A model generated the notes under the pieces. That model did not search any database, was not told the origin of the DNA, and worked only from the letters and a program-made list of their open reading frames with translations. Positions 35,558-44,084 of a DNA stretch of 52,614 bases are shown here, piece by piece (within the stretch, counting starts at the first letter, position 1; the number at the start of each line of letters is the position of its first letter). The stretch is from an uncultured Acidimicrobiaceae bacterium. GTDB taxonomy: Bacteria; Actinomycetota; Acidimicrobiia; Acidimicrobiales; RAAP-2. The position numbers were made by a program, and so were the translations under genes. The stretch spans positions 1 to 52,614 of the forward strand of contig CAININ010000207.1 of assembly GCA_903849265.1 (NCBI GenBank). The letters run 5' to 3'.

Positions 35558-36375
35558 GCCGCCCCCTGCCCGGACGTGGCGAAGGCTGCAGCGGCCAAGG
35601 AGGGATCGCCCCCATAGGCTGGGCAGAACTCCTGGAACCGGCAGAATCGGCACAGCGGCCCGGTATTGGGTCGGAAGTCCTCGTCACGGCAGGCCCGTTC
35701 GATGGCTGTCCACACCGCCATCGTCTTGGTTCGTTGGCCCTTCAGGCCCTGTTCGGACGGCTCGGCGGTGATCACGGTGGGTTCCTTCAGGTGCAGAAGC
35801 TTCGCTTGGACGGGTCGACGGCCGAGGACCTCTTGGCACAGGAGTGCATAGAGCTGGACCCCGGTCAGGCGAGCCTGCTCGTAGGCCGGAGGCGGTGCGC
35901 GGCCGGTCTTGTAGTCGATCACCACGAGTTCGCCATCCGGGGTGCGGTCCAGCCGGTCGAGGATGCCCCGGAAGCGGACATCGCCCAGGCGGGCCTCGAG
36001 GGTCAGCTCGATTCCGACCGGGGTGACCTCGTTCGGGTCTTCGAGCACGAAGTAGTTGGCGACCAGCTGCTCGGCGTCGGCACGCATGGCGCCCGCCTCG
36101 TCCGGAGTCAGGTCGAGGGACAGGAAGTCCAGGTCGGCTTGGAGGGCGGTCCAGGCGGCGTCCAACTCAGAAGCAGCAGCCACGGGGGACCGCCGGCCCT
36201 GGGGATGGTTCCAGAAGAGCCCCTCGAGCGCACTGTGGACCAGGGTTCCCTTGACCGTGGCGACCGTGGCTGGGTCAGGTAGGCGCTCGATGGCGGTGAA
36301 CCGGAAGGCGAGCGCGCAACTACGAAACGAGGACACCTTGGAGGGGGACAGGGACCGGGGCGGTTCGAACGGCAC
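35554..36375 (-). CDS. PD-(D/E)XK nuclease family protein (RecB/Cas4-like with a Cys cluster)
   Basis: LSPSKVSSFRSC.LAFRF, VVIDYKTGR (D..K) and a C-terminal CRFCRFQEFC. Its stop overlaps the PAP2 start (ATGA). Confidence 0.8.
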   Translation of the reverse strand: MPFEPPRSLSPSKVSSFRSCALAFRFTAIERLPDPATVATVKGTLVHSALEGLFWNHPQGRRSPVAAASELDAAWTALQADLDFLSLDLTPDEAGAMRADAEQLVANYFVLEDPNEVTPVGIELTLEARLGDVRFRGILDRLDRTPDGELVVIDYKTGRAPPPAYEQARLTGVQLYALLCQEVLGRRPVQAKLLHLKEPTVITAEPSEQGLKGQRTKTMAVWTAIERACRDEDFRPNTGPLCRFCRFQEFCPAYGGDPSLAAAAFATSGQGAA

Positions 36376-36384
36376 GCCCTGAGC

Positions 36385-37359
36385 CTACGGCCCGGTTGTG
36401 CCGTCAGGGAAGGTCAGTGCCCGCCGCACCCCGTCGGCCATGGCGTCGGGTCGCTCGAGCGGACCGAAATGTCCGAGCTCATGGTGCTCTTCGACGACAG
36501 CGTCGGGCACACGGGAGGCATCGATGGTCATGATCTCCTTGCCGAACGCGTCGGTCATCGTCCCGTAGGCGAACGTCACCGGGCACTGGACCTCGCCGAG
36601 GCGGGCGAAGGCACCGTTGCCGAACCCGTGGACGTAGACCTGGGCTTCGTCCTCTCGCCGACACCGCAGGCGGATCGCGGTGCCGTCCCCACCTTCGGAG
36701 GCGGGCACCGGTTCGAACCCGTCGGTTACGTAGCGCAGCAGCACGGCTGGCTCAAGGGCCTCGAACGGTGGCTTCGAAGAGAAGTTCACGAAGGCGTCTG
36801 CGGCTGACGGGAACGTGTCACGACGACGCCTGGCCCCGGCGGACAGCGGATTCTCCTCGAGGGGGAACGGAACCGGTTGATCAGGGACGACGACAGGTTC
36901 GAAGAGGTAGAGGCTCTCGAAGGCCCCGGGTCGGGCTTGTTCGGCCAGCAGGAGCGAGGCTCCGCCGCACGAGTGGCCGAAGGCGAGGGGTCGGTCGAGG
37001 CCGAGGGCGTCGACGGCGGCGAGCACGTCAACAGCAAACCCCGACCAGGCGTAGTCGCCATCAACGGGGCGCGCGGAGCGCCCGTGGCCGCGCAGGTCGA
37101 GCGCCCAGCAGTGGAATCGATCACGCAGCGCGTGGGCCAACGGAAGAAGCACGCCAGCACAGAACCCCGTGGCGTGGACCATGAGGAGGTCGGCCCCGGA
37201 TCCACCGAAATCGTAGAGGGCGAGATCCACGCCGTCGGGCGTGGTGGTGAATTTCGCGGGGTCGGCGGCGGGGTCGGCGGCGGGGTCGGCGGCGGGGTCG
37301 GCGGCGGGGTCGGCGGCGGGGTCCGGTCCAGTGGGCACGCAGGTGACGGTAGCCGACAT
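36385..37359 (-). CDS. Alpha/beta hydrolase with an N-terminal (DPAA)n repeat
   Basis: LLMVHATGFCAGV...LDLRGHGRS...AFGHSCGGAS nucleophile elbow. Start at ATG 37359 (GTG 37386 is an alternative). Confidence 0.85.
   Translation of the reverse strand: MSATVTCVPTGPDPAADPAADPAADPAADPAADPAKFTTTPDGVDLALYDFGGSGADLLMVHATGFCAGVLLPLAHALRDRFHCWALDLRGHGRSARPVDGDYAWSGFAVDVLAAVDALGLDRPLAFGHSCGGASLLLAEQARPGAFESLYLFEPVVVPDQPVPFPLEENPLSAGARRRRDTFPSAADAFVNFSSKPPFEALEPAVLLRYVTDGFEPVPASEGGDGTAIRLRCRREDEAQVYVHGFGNGAFARLGEVQCPVTFAYGTMTDAFGKEIMTIDASRVPDAVVEEHHELGHFGPLERPDAMADGVRRALTFPDGTTGP
37256..37323 (-). repeat. 12-bp tandem repeat, about 5.6 copies (gcggggtcggcg), encoding (DPAA)n
   Basis: Read directly. Five perfect units at 37256-37315 plus a partial sixth. 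Confidence 0.9.
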
Positions 37360-37454
37360 GATCCCGACACCGGTCAGGCACGACACCTGACGAGAACATG
37401 ACGGCCGGGGGGCCGATGGCCGACCGGATCACCCAGAGCGACTAGAACAAGCGG

Positions 37455-38102
37455 ATGGAGAAGTTCCTTTACACCTACGGCTACATCGCCATCTTCGGCC
37501 TCAGCTTCATCTCCTCCATGGGGATACCTGCAGGGTCCGAACTGGCAATCCTCGGCGGTGGCGCCCTCGCCTCGGGGGAGATCCTGAAAGTGGCGGGGGA
37601 CCCGTCCCAGGGCCACTACCAACTGTCCCTGGTCCTGGTCATCGTGCTCGCCACGCTGGGCGAGGTGCTCGGATCGCTCGTGGGGTACCTGATCGGGATG
37701 TACGGAGGTCGGCCCCTGGTCGACCGGTTCGGGAAGTACGTCCTCTTGACCCACAAGGACCTGGATCGCGCCGAGTCGTGGTTCGCCAAGCACGGCGAAC
37801 CGCTGGTGCTCTTCGGCCGATTCGTCCCGCTGGTGCGCTCCTTCGTCTCCTTTGCCGCCGGCCTCGGTGAGATGGCGATGGCGAAGTTCCTCATCTTCAC
37901 CGTCATCGGCTGCGCCGTCTGGACGACGGCCCTGGCCAGCCTCGGCTACTCGCTGGGGAGCACTTACGCCACGGTCGAGAAGAAGTTCAGTTACGCCGGT
38001 TATGCGGCCGCCGTGCTCTTCGTGGTCCTCGTCGTGATCCTCATCATCCACCGGGTACGGACCATGCGCGAGGAGCGGGCTTCCAGCGGGAGCGGACACT
38101 GA
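37455..38102 (+). CDS. DedA-family (VTT domain) membrane protein
   Basis: GIPAGSEL....GG.LA...... then FGRFVPLVRSFVSFAAGLGEM..AKFLIFTVIG.AVW, the typical DedA core. Confidence 0.9.
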   Translation: MEKFLYTYGYIAIFGLSFISSMGIPAGSELAILGGGALASGEILKVAGDPSQGHYQLSLVLVIVLATLGEVLGSLVGYLIGMYGGRPLVDRFGKYVLLTHKDLDRAESWFAKHGEPLVLFGRFVPLVRSFVSFAAGLGEMAMAKFLIFTVIGCAVWTTALASLGYSLGSTYATVEKKFSYAGYAAAVLFVVLVVILIIHRVRTMREERASSGSGH

Positions 38103-38239
38103 GCAGGGGCGCCACCGCCGGAGCCAAGAAGGCCGCTCTGCGCGCCTCGGACCATCTGGAGCGTTCCGAGGCGTGGAACGGGCTGCGCACTGGTGATCCG
38201 GTAGTCGTCAGCGGACTGTCCCTTCGAGGTGCCTCATGG

Positions 38240-38443
38240 GTGTTTCGTGCCCACGTCCTGAACCAGCACAATGGGACCGAGTGCGTGGAGGTCATCGGCG
38301 GGCGCCCCGGGGACCGCACCATCCGCTCGTTCGGCCCAGAGCGCATCTTTGCCGTGACTGCCGCCGGGCGGCGCCGCAGTTCGGCCAAGGCCATCTCGGG
38401 CGAGCTCTCCCTGGCCGAGGCGCCACAGCTTCCACTGGGCTGA
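38240..38443 (+). CDS. Hypothetical small protein; coding signal appears to continue upstream to about 38099
   Basis: GTG 38240 is the first canonical start. The same frame is open and high in GC3 back to CTG 38099, which overlaps the DedA stop. Confidence 0.4.
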   Translation: MFRAHVLNQHNGTECVEVIGGRPGDRTIRSFGPERIFAVTAAGRRRSSAKAISGELSLAEAPQLPLG

Positions 38444-38464
38444 CCGGACGCTAGGGTGCGGTCA

Positions 38465-39310
38465 ATGGCCACCGTGACCTTCTTCCACGCCCATCCCGAC
38501 GACGAGGCGATCGCCACCGGCGGCACCATGGCCTCTCTTGCCGCCGAAGGCCACCGGGTCGTTCTGGTGACAGCCACCCGGGGCGAGCTGGGGGAGGTGG
38601 CCGACGGGATTCTGGAGGCAGGGGAGTCCCTCGGCGAGCGACGGGCAACAGAGTTGGCCGAGGCCGCATCAGTCCTAGGCGTTGCCCGCCAGCTGTTCCT
38701 CGGCTACCACGACTCAGGCATGGAGGGCGAGGACTCCAACACCCGCCCGGACTGCTTCGCCACGGCCGATGGCGATGAGGCGGCCGACCGCCTGGCCGGG
38801 ATCCTCGTCGAGGAGTCGACCGACGTCCTCGTGGTCTATGACGAGCACGGCGGCTACGGGCACCCGGACCACGTCCAGGTCCACACCGTCGGCATGGCTG
38901 CAGCCGAACGCGCCGGTACTCCGGTCGTCTACATGACCACGATGGACCGCGGCTTCATGTTGGAGCTGCGCAGGCGCGCCGCCGAGTCCGAGTTCGGGCC
39001 CGAGGACAACCTCGAGGGAGCGGACACCATGGGGGAGCCGTCCGAGCGCATCACCACCGAAGTCGACGTGCGCTCCTACGTCGAGACCAAACGCGAAGCC
39101 ATGCGGGCCCATGCCAGCCAGATCGGCGAAGAGAGCTTCTTCTTGTCCATGCCCGATGATCTCTTTACCGAGGTCTGGGGGCAGGAGTGGTTCATCCGGG
39201 TCCGGCCAGAACCGGTCGGCTTGGGCGACGGCACCCGCGAAGGGGGCCTCGTCATCACCGATTCGGGCGAGCTCGCCGGCGGTACATCGAGGAACGGAGC
39301 GGTCGCATGA
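38465..39310 (+). CDS. PIG-L/LmbE family deacetylase (MshB-like)
   Basis: VTFFHAHPDDEAIATGGTMA.LAAEGHRVVLVTATRGELGEV, GYHDSGM and GYGHPDHVQVH motifs. Confidence 0.85.
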   Translation: MATVTFFHAHPDDEAIATGGTMASLAAEGHRVVLVTATRGELGEVADGILEAGESLGERRATELAEAASVLGVARQLFLGYHDSGMEGEDSNTRPDCFATADGDEAADRLAGILVEESTDVLVVYDEHGGYGHPDHVQVHTVGMAAAERAGTPVVYMTTMDRGFMLELRRRAAESEFGPEDNLEGADTMGEPSERITTEVDVRSYVETKREAMRAHASQIGEESFFLSMPDDLFTEVWGQEWFIRVRPEPVGLGDGTREGGLVITDSGELAGGTSRNGAVA

Positions 39311-39474
39311 CGAAGCATCGGGTACTGCGTCTGCACGGCGGCCGGTTGGTGGTGGCGGAGCGGCGGTTGGAGCTCGAAGGTGAGCTCGACACACTGGCCG
39401 CCCAAGGCTTCTCCATCGTCAACTCGTTCGCAATCGACGACAACGTCTATCTGATCATGGCGGCGCCGGACTGA
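39307..39474 (+). CDS. Possible small protein (55 aa), hypothetical
   Basis: ATG 39307 overlaps the deacetylase stop (ATGA). MTKHRVLRLHGGRLVVAERRLELEGELDTLAAQGFSIVNSF.... No family assigned with confidence. Confidence 0.42.
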   Translation: MTKHRVLRLHGGRLVVAERRLELEGELDTLAAQGFSIVNSFAIDDNVYLIMAAPD

Positions 39475-39537
39475 ATCGAGGCCGCTGGGGCCGATGGCGG
39501 CTGCTCGTGGATGGGAGCGACCACCCGATCATCTGTC

Positions 39538-41097
39538 CTACTGGTCGGTGTAGGCGGCGATGGAGACGACCCGGTCCCGACCGGAGTTCTTGGCCCGGTA
39601 GAGGGCGCGGTCGGCCCTGTCGATGAAGGTCAGCGGATCCTCGATCCCGTCCCAGCTGGTGAGCCCGACCGACATGGTGACGCCGAGGTCGGTGGTCGCG
39701 TCCCGACCGCCCGACCGGAGGTGCTCGAGGAGGTTGTGCCCGCCCAGCAGGTCGGTGTCGGGCAGGACCAGGCAGAACTCTTCGCCGCCATAGCGGGCCA
39801 CGAGGTCCTGGTCACGGGTGTTCGAAACCATCATGGCCGATACCGAGCGAAGGACCGTGTCGCCCACGACATGGCCGTATTGGTCGTTGAAGTCCTTGAA
39901 GTGGTCCAGATCGACCATGGCCACGCTCAGCGGGGTCTCCGACCGGAGTGCGTGGGCCATCTCCATTTCGATTCGCTCCATGAGAGAACGCCGATTGGCC
40001 AAGCCGGTCAGCGGATCAGTCCGGCTTTCGGTGCGGAGGCCGGTGACGAAGTTGGCCTGGCTGGTGATACGCAGGAACGAGGCGGCCAACAGGCCAGCCG
40101 CCTCGGCGGTGCGTGCTTCGCTCTGGACTTCGGGCAGCGTCCGCTCGATCACCATGATGAGTTCGCCATCGGCGGCGTAGCCGACGGGCAGGGCGCAGTA
40201 ATAGGGATCCAACTCCACGGAGTTGGAGGCGAGTGCCTTGGCGGCCACCGAGACCCGGGTGAGGTCCCCGCAGTCAGCAGAAAGGTCGGGCCACGAGGCG
40301 ACCAGGGTGAACCGATCCAGGGAACGGTTCCGGTTGAACACGGCCACACGCTCAGCCGGCAGGATGCACGCTACGTACGGGAGGCCTCTCGAAAAGATCT
40401 GGGCGAACGTTTCCGACGTCGGGCTGGATCCATCGATGTCGACCTCGTCGAAGCAGTCGTTCAGGGAGTCCAGAGCCTGGGAGAAGTTGATCTGCCCGGT
40501 GAGCGAACCGACGGTCCGGGCGCAGATGAAGTTGACCACCGCGATGGTCGAGGCGTAGATCACCATCGACACCACGAACTCGCCACCCCGCAGGCCTTGG
40601 ACCCACCCGATGAGCGCGATGAGTGCGAGCGCGTACATGTCGACCACCAGCTGCATCCGTCGATCGCCGACGATGGACACGAAGATGACGCCGACCAGCA
40701 TCGCTGGGGTATAGAGCGCTGCGGGCGTGGCCGTGGAGAGCTCGATGCAGGCGAGGCCAGCCAAGGCCAGGCAGGCGATGATGAACCACGAGTTGGCCTG
40801 GGAGGTCATGCTCGACTCGCCCCGGGTCACCAGCGTGTAGACGCCCTGGTAGGCGATGGAGGCAGCGATACAGGCGACGGCCGCCGCCATGTACCCCCAT
40901 CTGACCGAGGTGTGGTTGACGAAGGTCAGCGACAACAGGACGGGGACCATGATCGACTCGGCGATGAGCCCGCACGTGACTCCGTCTCGAAGCTGTCGTG
41001 GTGTCGGGTGGACGAGATCGAATCTCACACCTGGGTCATCGGCTCGGGCGTCCGCTACCTTTACCGACTTCTCGGAAGCGGGCGACCATGGGACCAA
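39538..41097 (-). CDS. Membrane-bound diguanylate cyclase (GGDEF domain; GGEEF active site, RxxD I-site)
   Basis: DPLTGLANRR...VAMVDLDHFKDFND.YGH..GD..L...TRDQDLVARYGGEEFCLVLP. N-terminal multi-TM region plus an unassigned central domain. Confidence 0.9.
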   Translation of the reverse strand: MVPWSPASEKSVKVADARADDPGVRFDLVHPTPRQLRDGVTCGLIAESIMVPVLLSLTFVNHTSVRWGYMAAAVACIAASIAYQGVYTLVTRGESSMTSQANSWFIIACLALAGLACIELSTATPAALYTPAMLVGVIFVSIVGDRRMQLVVDMYALALIALIGWVQGLRGGEFVVSMVIYASTIAVVNFICARTVGSLTGQINFSQALDSLNDCFDEVDIDGSSPTSETFAQIFSRGLPYVACILPAERVAVFNRNRSLDRFTLVASWPDLSADCGDLTRVSVAAKALASNSVELDPYYCALPVGYAADGELIMVIERTLPEVQSEARTAEAAGLLAASFLRITSQANFVTGLRTESRTDPLTGLANRRSLMERIEMEMAHALRSETPLSVAMVDLDHFKDFNDQYGHVVGDTVLRSVSAMMVSNTRDQDLVARYGGEEFCLVLPDTDLLGGHNLLEHLRSGGRDATTDLGVTMSVGLTSWDGIEDPLTFIDRADRALYRAKNSGRDRVVSIAAYTDQ

Positions 41098-41156
41098 AGT
41101 CCCATGAAACGAAAGAACCCCTGGTCAGGAGGTACCGTTCGCAGTGTTGCGGACGT

Positions 41157-42848
41157 TCAGCCAGTCCGGTGGCGCCTCCGTCGAGGCTCGGTTGGCTGTT
41201 TGTCACCGATGAGCGACACGTTGGGGAGCATCCTGGCGAAAAAGATGGCAACCACCGTCAACAACGCAACCACCGCCAAGGCGGTCCGGAGTCCGACCAG
41301 CCGGGCCGCAGCGTTCTCGTCGACGATCGCAGACTGGGTCTCGGGTGGGAGGCTGGTCTTAGCCAGGCCTTCTTGCAGCTGCGCGTCGGACACGAAGGGG
41401 ATGCCTGCTTCGAGGGTGACACTCGCCTGAGAGACGACCTCGGCGGGAATGGCTGCGTTGGTGGACACCCCTCCGAGGAACGCACTGCTCAGACTCCCGA
41501 TCAAGACGGCCCCCACCAGGGCAGTGCCGAGCGACGCCCCAAAGTTCGTGAACGTGTTCTGGAGGCCACCGACCTCGGCGCTCATCGAGTCAGGGAAAGC
41601 GGAAACGGTGACTGCCCCGAGCTGTGATGCGAGGGCACCGATGCCGAGTCCGATGAGGGCCATTGGGATGAGCACGATCTCCGGCCCGGCCCCAGGGGAA
41701 AGTCCGGCGACCAGCACGATGGTGCCGGACAACATGAGGTACAGGCCGATCCGCACCACGCGGCGGGGCGAGGCCCGTGGTGCCAGCTTCGGTACGAGCA
41801 AGGCCGAGGCGAGCAGGGTGATCGACAACGGGAGGAGCCGGAGCCCTGTCTGGAGCGCGTTGAGGCCGAGCACCACGGACAAGAAGAGCGGGATGGTGAA
41901 GAACACGCCAGCCTGGATGAAGAACTGGAAGAAGAACGCGATGAGACCACCGGTCATCTGGCGGTTGGAGAACATGGCCGGATCGAAGAGCGGCTCCTTG
42001 TCGTGGGCGACACGTCGTGACTCCCACTCGATGAGTGCACCGATGACGAGCAGGCCGACCACGACCAGCCAGAACACCAGTGACACCCCGGCGATCTCAG
42101 GAGCGTTCGGCTTCGGGTGGACCCACCCCCAGGTGCCTGACCGCAGTACCCCGTAGACGGTCAAGCTGAGCCCTACCACCGACAAGATGGCTCCGAAGAA
42201 GTCAAAGGGCTTGCGCTCCTCGGGGGGCGTGTCATGGATCTTGCGGACGAAGAGCAGGATGATCCCCACGATGACGACCTCGCCGACGAAGACCCAGCGC
42301 CAGGAGGCGAACGTGGTCACTGCACCGCCGATGAGCGGTCCGGCTGCCACGGCAACAGCACCGGCGGCGGCGATCAACCCGTAGGCGGCGGACCGACCTT
42401 CCTTCGCGACATTGCCGGCCACCAAGGCAACGATGGCCGGCATGATCAACGCGGCACCGAGCCCTTCGAGCAGTGACCACCCGATGATCAGAACGGTCAG
42501 GTTCGGGGCGAGGGCGGTCACCATCGAACCGCATGCGTAGACGACCAGGCCGATCGCGAACGTCTTGCGGCGGCCGATGATGGCGCCGATCTTTCCGCCG
42601 GTGATCATGAAGGCGGCCATCACCAAGGTGTAGAGCGTGATGGCGGTCTGGATGCCCGTCACCGTGGTGCCGAGATCGTTGGCCACCGATTGGATCGAGA
42701 CGTTCATGACCGAGCTGTCGAGGGTCATGACGAACTGTCCGGACGCAAGGAGCAGCAGGACCGGTGACCGTCCGCCGGCAGTGCTTCCTCCGTCTGCCCC
42801 GCCTGGGCCGGCCACCCCCTCGGCCGTGGCCGGAGCAGTTGATGCCAT
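41157..42848 (-). CDS. MFS transporter (DHA2/EmrB-QacA-like, about 14 TM segments)
   Basis: LDSSVMNVS, GKIGAIIGRRKTF (motif A-like), 563 aa and a long hydrophobic profile. Confidence 0.88.
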   Translation of the reverse strand: MASTAPATAEGVAGPGGADGGSTAGGRSPVLLLLASGQFVMTLDSSVMNVSIQSVANDLGTTVTGIQTAITLYTLVMAAFMITGGKIGAIIGRRKTFAIGLVVYACGSMVTALAPNLTVLIIGWSLLEGLGAALIMPAIVALVAGNVAKEGRSAAYGLIAAAGAVAVAAGPLIGGAVTTFASWRWVFVGEVVIVGIILLFVRKIHDTPPEERKPFDFFGAILSVVGLSLTVYGVLRSGTWGWVHPKPNAPEIAGVSLVFWLVVVGLLVIGALIEWESRRVAHDKEPLFDPAMFSNRQMTGGLIAFFFQFFIQAGVFFTIPLFLSVVLGLNALQTGLRLLPLSITLLASALLVPKLAPRASPRRVVRIGLYLMLSGTIVLVAGLSPGAGPEIVLIPMALIGLGIGALASQLGAVTVSAFPDSMSAEVGGLQNTFTNFGASLGTALVGAVLIGSLSSAFLGGVSTNAAIPAEVVSQASVTLEAGIPFVSDAQLQEGLAKTSLPPETQSAIVDENAAARLVGLRTALAVVALLTVVAIFFARMLPNVSLIGDKQPTEPRRRRHRTG

Positions 42849-42979
42849 CTACTGAACCTACCTGGTCGCCGCGGGCGACACCGTCCATTGCGCGATCCTC
42901 GGCTCCGTCGAAGGCGCGTCGCGACCTACGCTCTGCGTTGCCGCACGACAGTCGGTGGCGACGAGTTGGAGGGGGATTC

Positions 42980-44056
42980 ATGGGCTACAAGGTGATCCAG
43001 TGGGCGACAGGGGCCCAAGGGGTCGAGTCGATTCGAGCCATGATCGACCGACCCGACCTCGATCTGGTGGGCGGTTGGGTGCATTCGCCCGAGAAGGACG
43101 GCGCCGACCTCGGAGTGCTCGCCGGTCGCGAGCCCATCGGTGTGACAGCCACCCGTGACATCGATGCGCTGCTCGCGCTCGATGCGGACTGCGTTGCCTA
43201 CATGCCTAGGAATACGTCGCTGGATGACGTTTGCGCCCTCCTGGCCAGCGGAAAGAACGTCGTGACCACGGCGTTCCTCTTCTACCCGAAGGCGCTGCCC
43301 GAGTCCGACCTGGCCCGCCTGCTCGATGCCTGCGAACGAGGTAGCTCGTCGATCCACGGAACCGGCCTCAACCCTGGCAACCTGAGCGGCGTGCTGCCGT
43401 TTGCCCTGTCGGGCATGTGTCGGAGCATCGAGCGTGTGTCCCTGCAGGAGCGGGCCGACTGGTCCTTCTACGAGAGCACCAACATCACCTTCGACAACAT
43501 GCGCTTCGGGCGTCCGGCTGATGAGGTGACCGAGGAGGCGAGCGACTTCCTGGCGTTCAACAGCGGGATCTTCAAAGAAGAGGTGGCGCTTATTGCTGAC
43601 GGGCTCGGGGCAGGCATCGACGAGATCACCACGGAGGTCGACCTCGTCTTGGCGACACGCGATCACGACATCTTCGGCATCACGCTGGCCGCGGGAACCG
43701 TCTCCGGCCAGCGGTGGCACTGGCGGGGGCTCCGACAGGGCCGGACGATGGTGGAGATCGACGCACTGTGGACAGTCGGGGGCGAATACCCGCCCCATTG
43801 GCCGACTCCGTCCGATGGATGGACGCTCACCATCGAGGGAGATCCGTCGATCCAGGCCCACCTGCTCACCTTGGCCAGCTTCGAACGGAACGTGTCCATT
43901 GCTGAGCACGTTCGGGCAGCAAGTGTGGCCACCGCCATGCAAGCGATCAACTCGATCCCGGCCTTGTGCGATGCCGGGCCCGGGATTCGCACGATGGCCG
44001 ACTTGGGCTTGGTGCGCAGCGGTGGCGGGTTCGGGTTCGGGTCCGCTGACTCCTAG
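42980..44056 (+). CDS. Dihydrodipicolinate-reductase-like NAD(P)-binding protein (amine dehydrogenase-like family)
   Basis: MGYKVIQWATGAQG.ESIRAMIDRPDLDLVGGWVHSPEKDG.DLG... GGAGGGGG Shine-Dalgarno lies before ATG 42980. Confidence 0.72.
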   Translation: MGYKVIQWATGAQGVESIRAMIDRPDLDLVGGWVHSPEKDGADLGVLAGREPIGVTATRDIDALLALDADCVAYMPRNTSLDDVCALLASGKNVVTTAFLFYPKALPESDLARLLDACERGSSSIHGTGLNPGNLSGVLPFALSGMCRSIERVSLQERADWSFYESTNITFDNMRFGRPADEVTEEASDFLAFNSGIFKEEVALIADGLGAGIDEITTEVDLVLATRDHDIFGITLAAGTVSGQRWHWRGLRQGRTMVEIDALWTVGGEYPPHWPTPSDGWTLTIEGDPSIQAHLLTLASFERNVSIAEHVRAASVATAMQAINSIPALCDAGPGIRTMADLGLVRSGGGFGFGSADS

Positions 44057-44084
44057 CGGTCCTGGCCGGGTCCGGAGGGGCCGA

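Noticed and set aside
39511-41430. 639-aa ORF on the plus strand
   Set aside because: It is antisense to the GGDEF cyclase and the 3' end of the MFS gene. Its composition is Gly/Asp/Arg/Val-rich with no motif.
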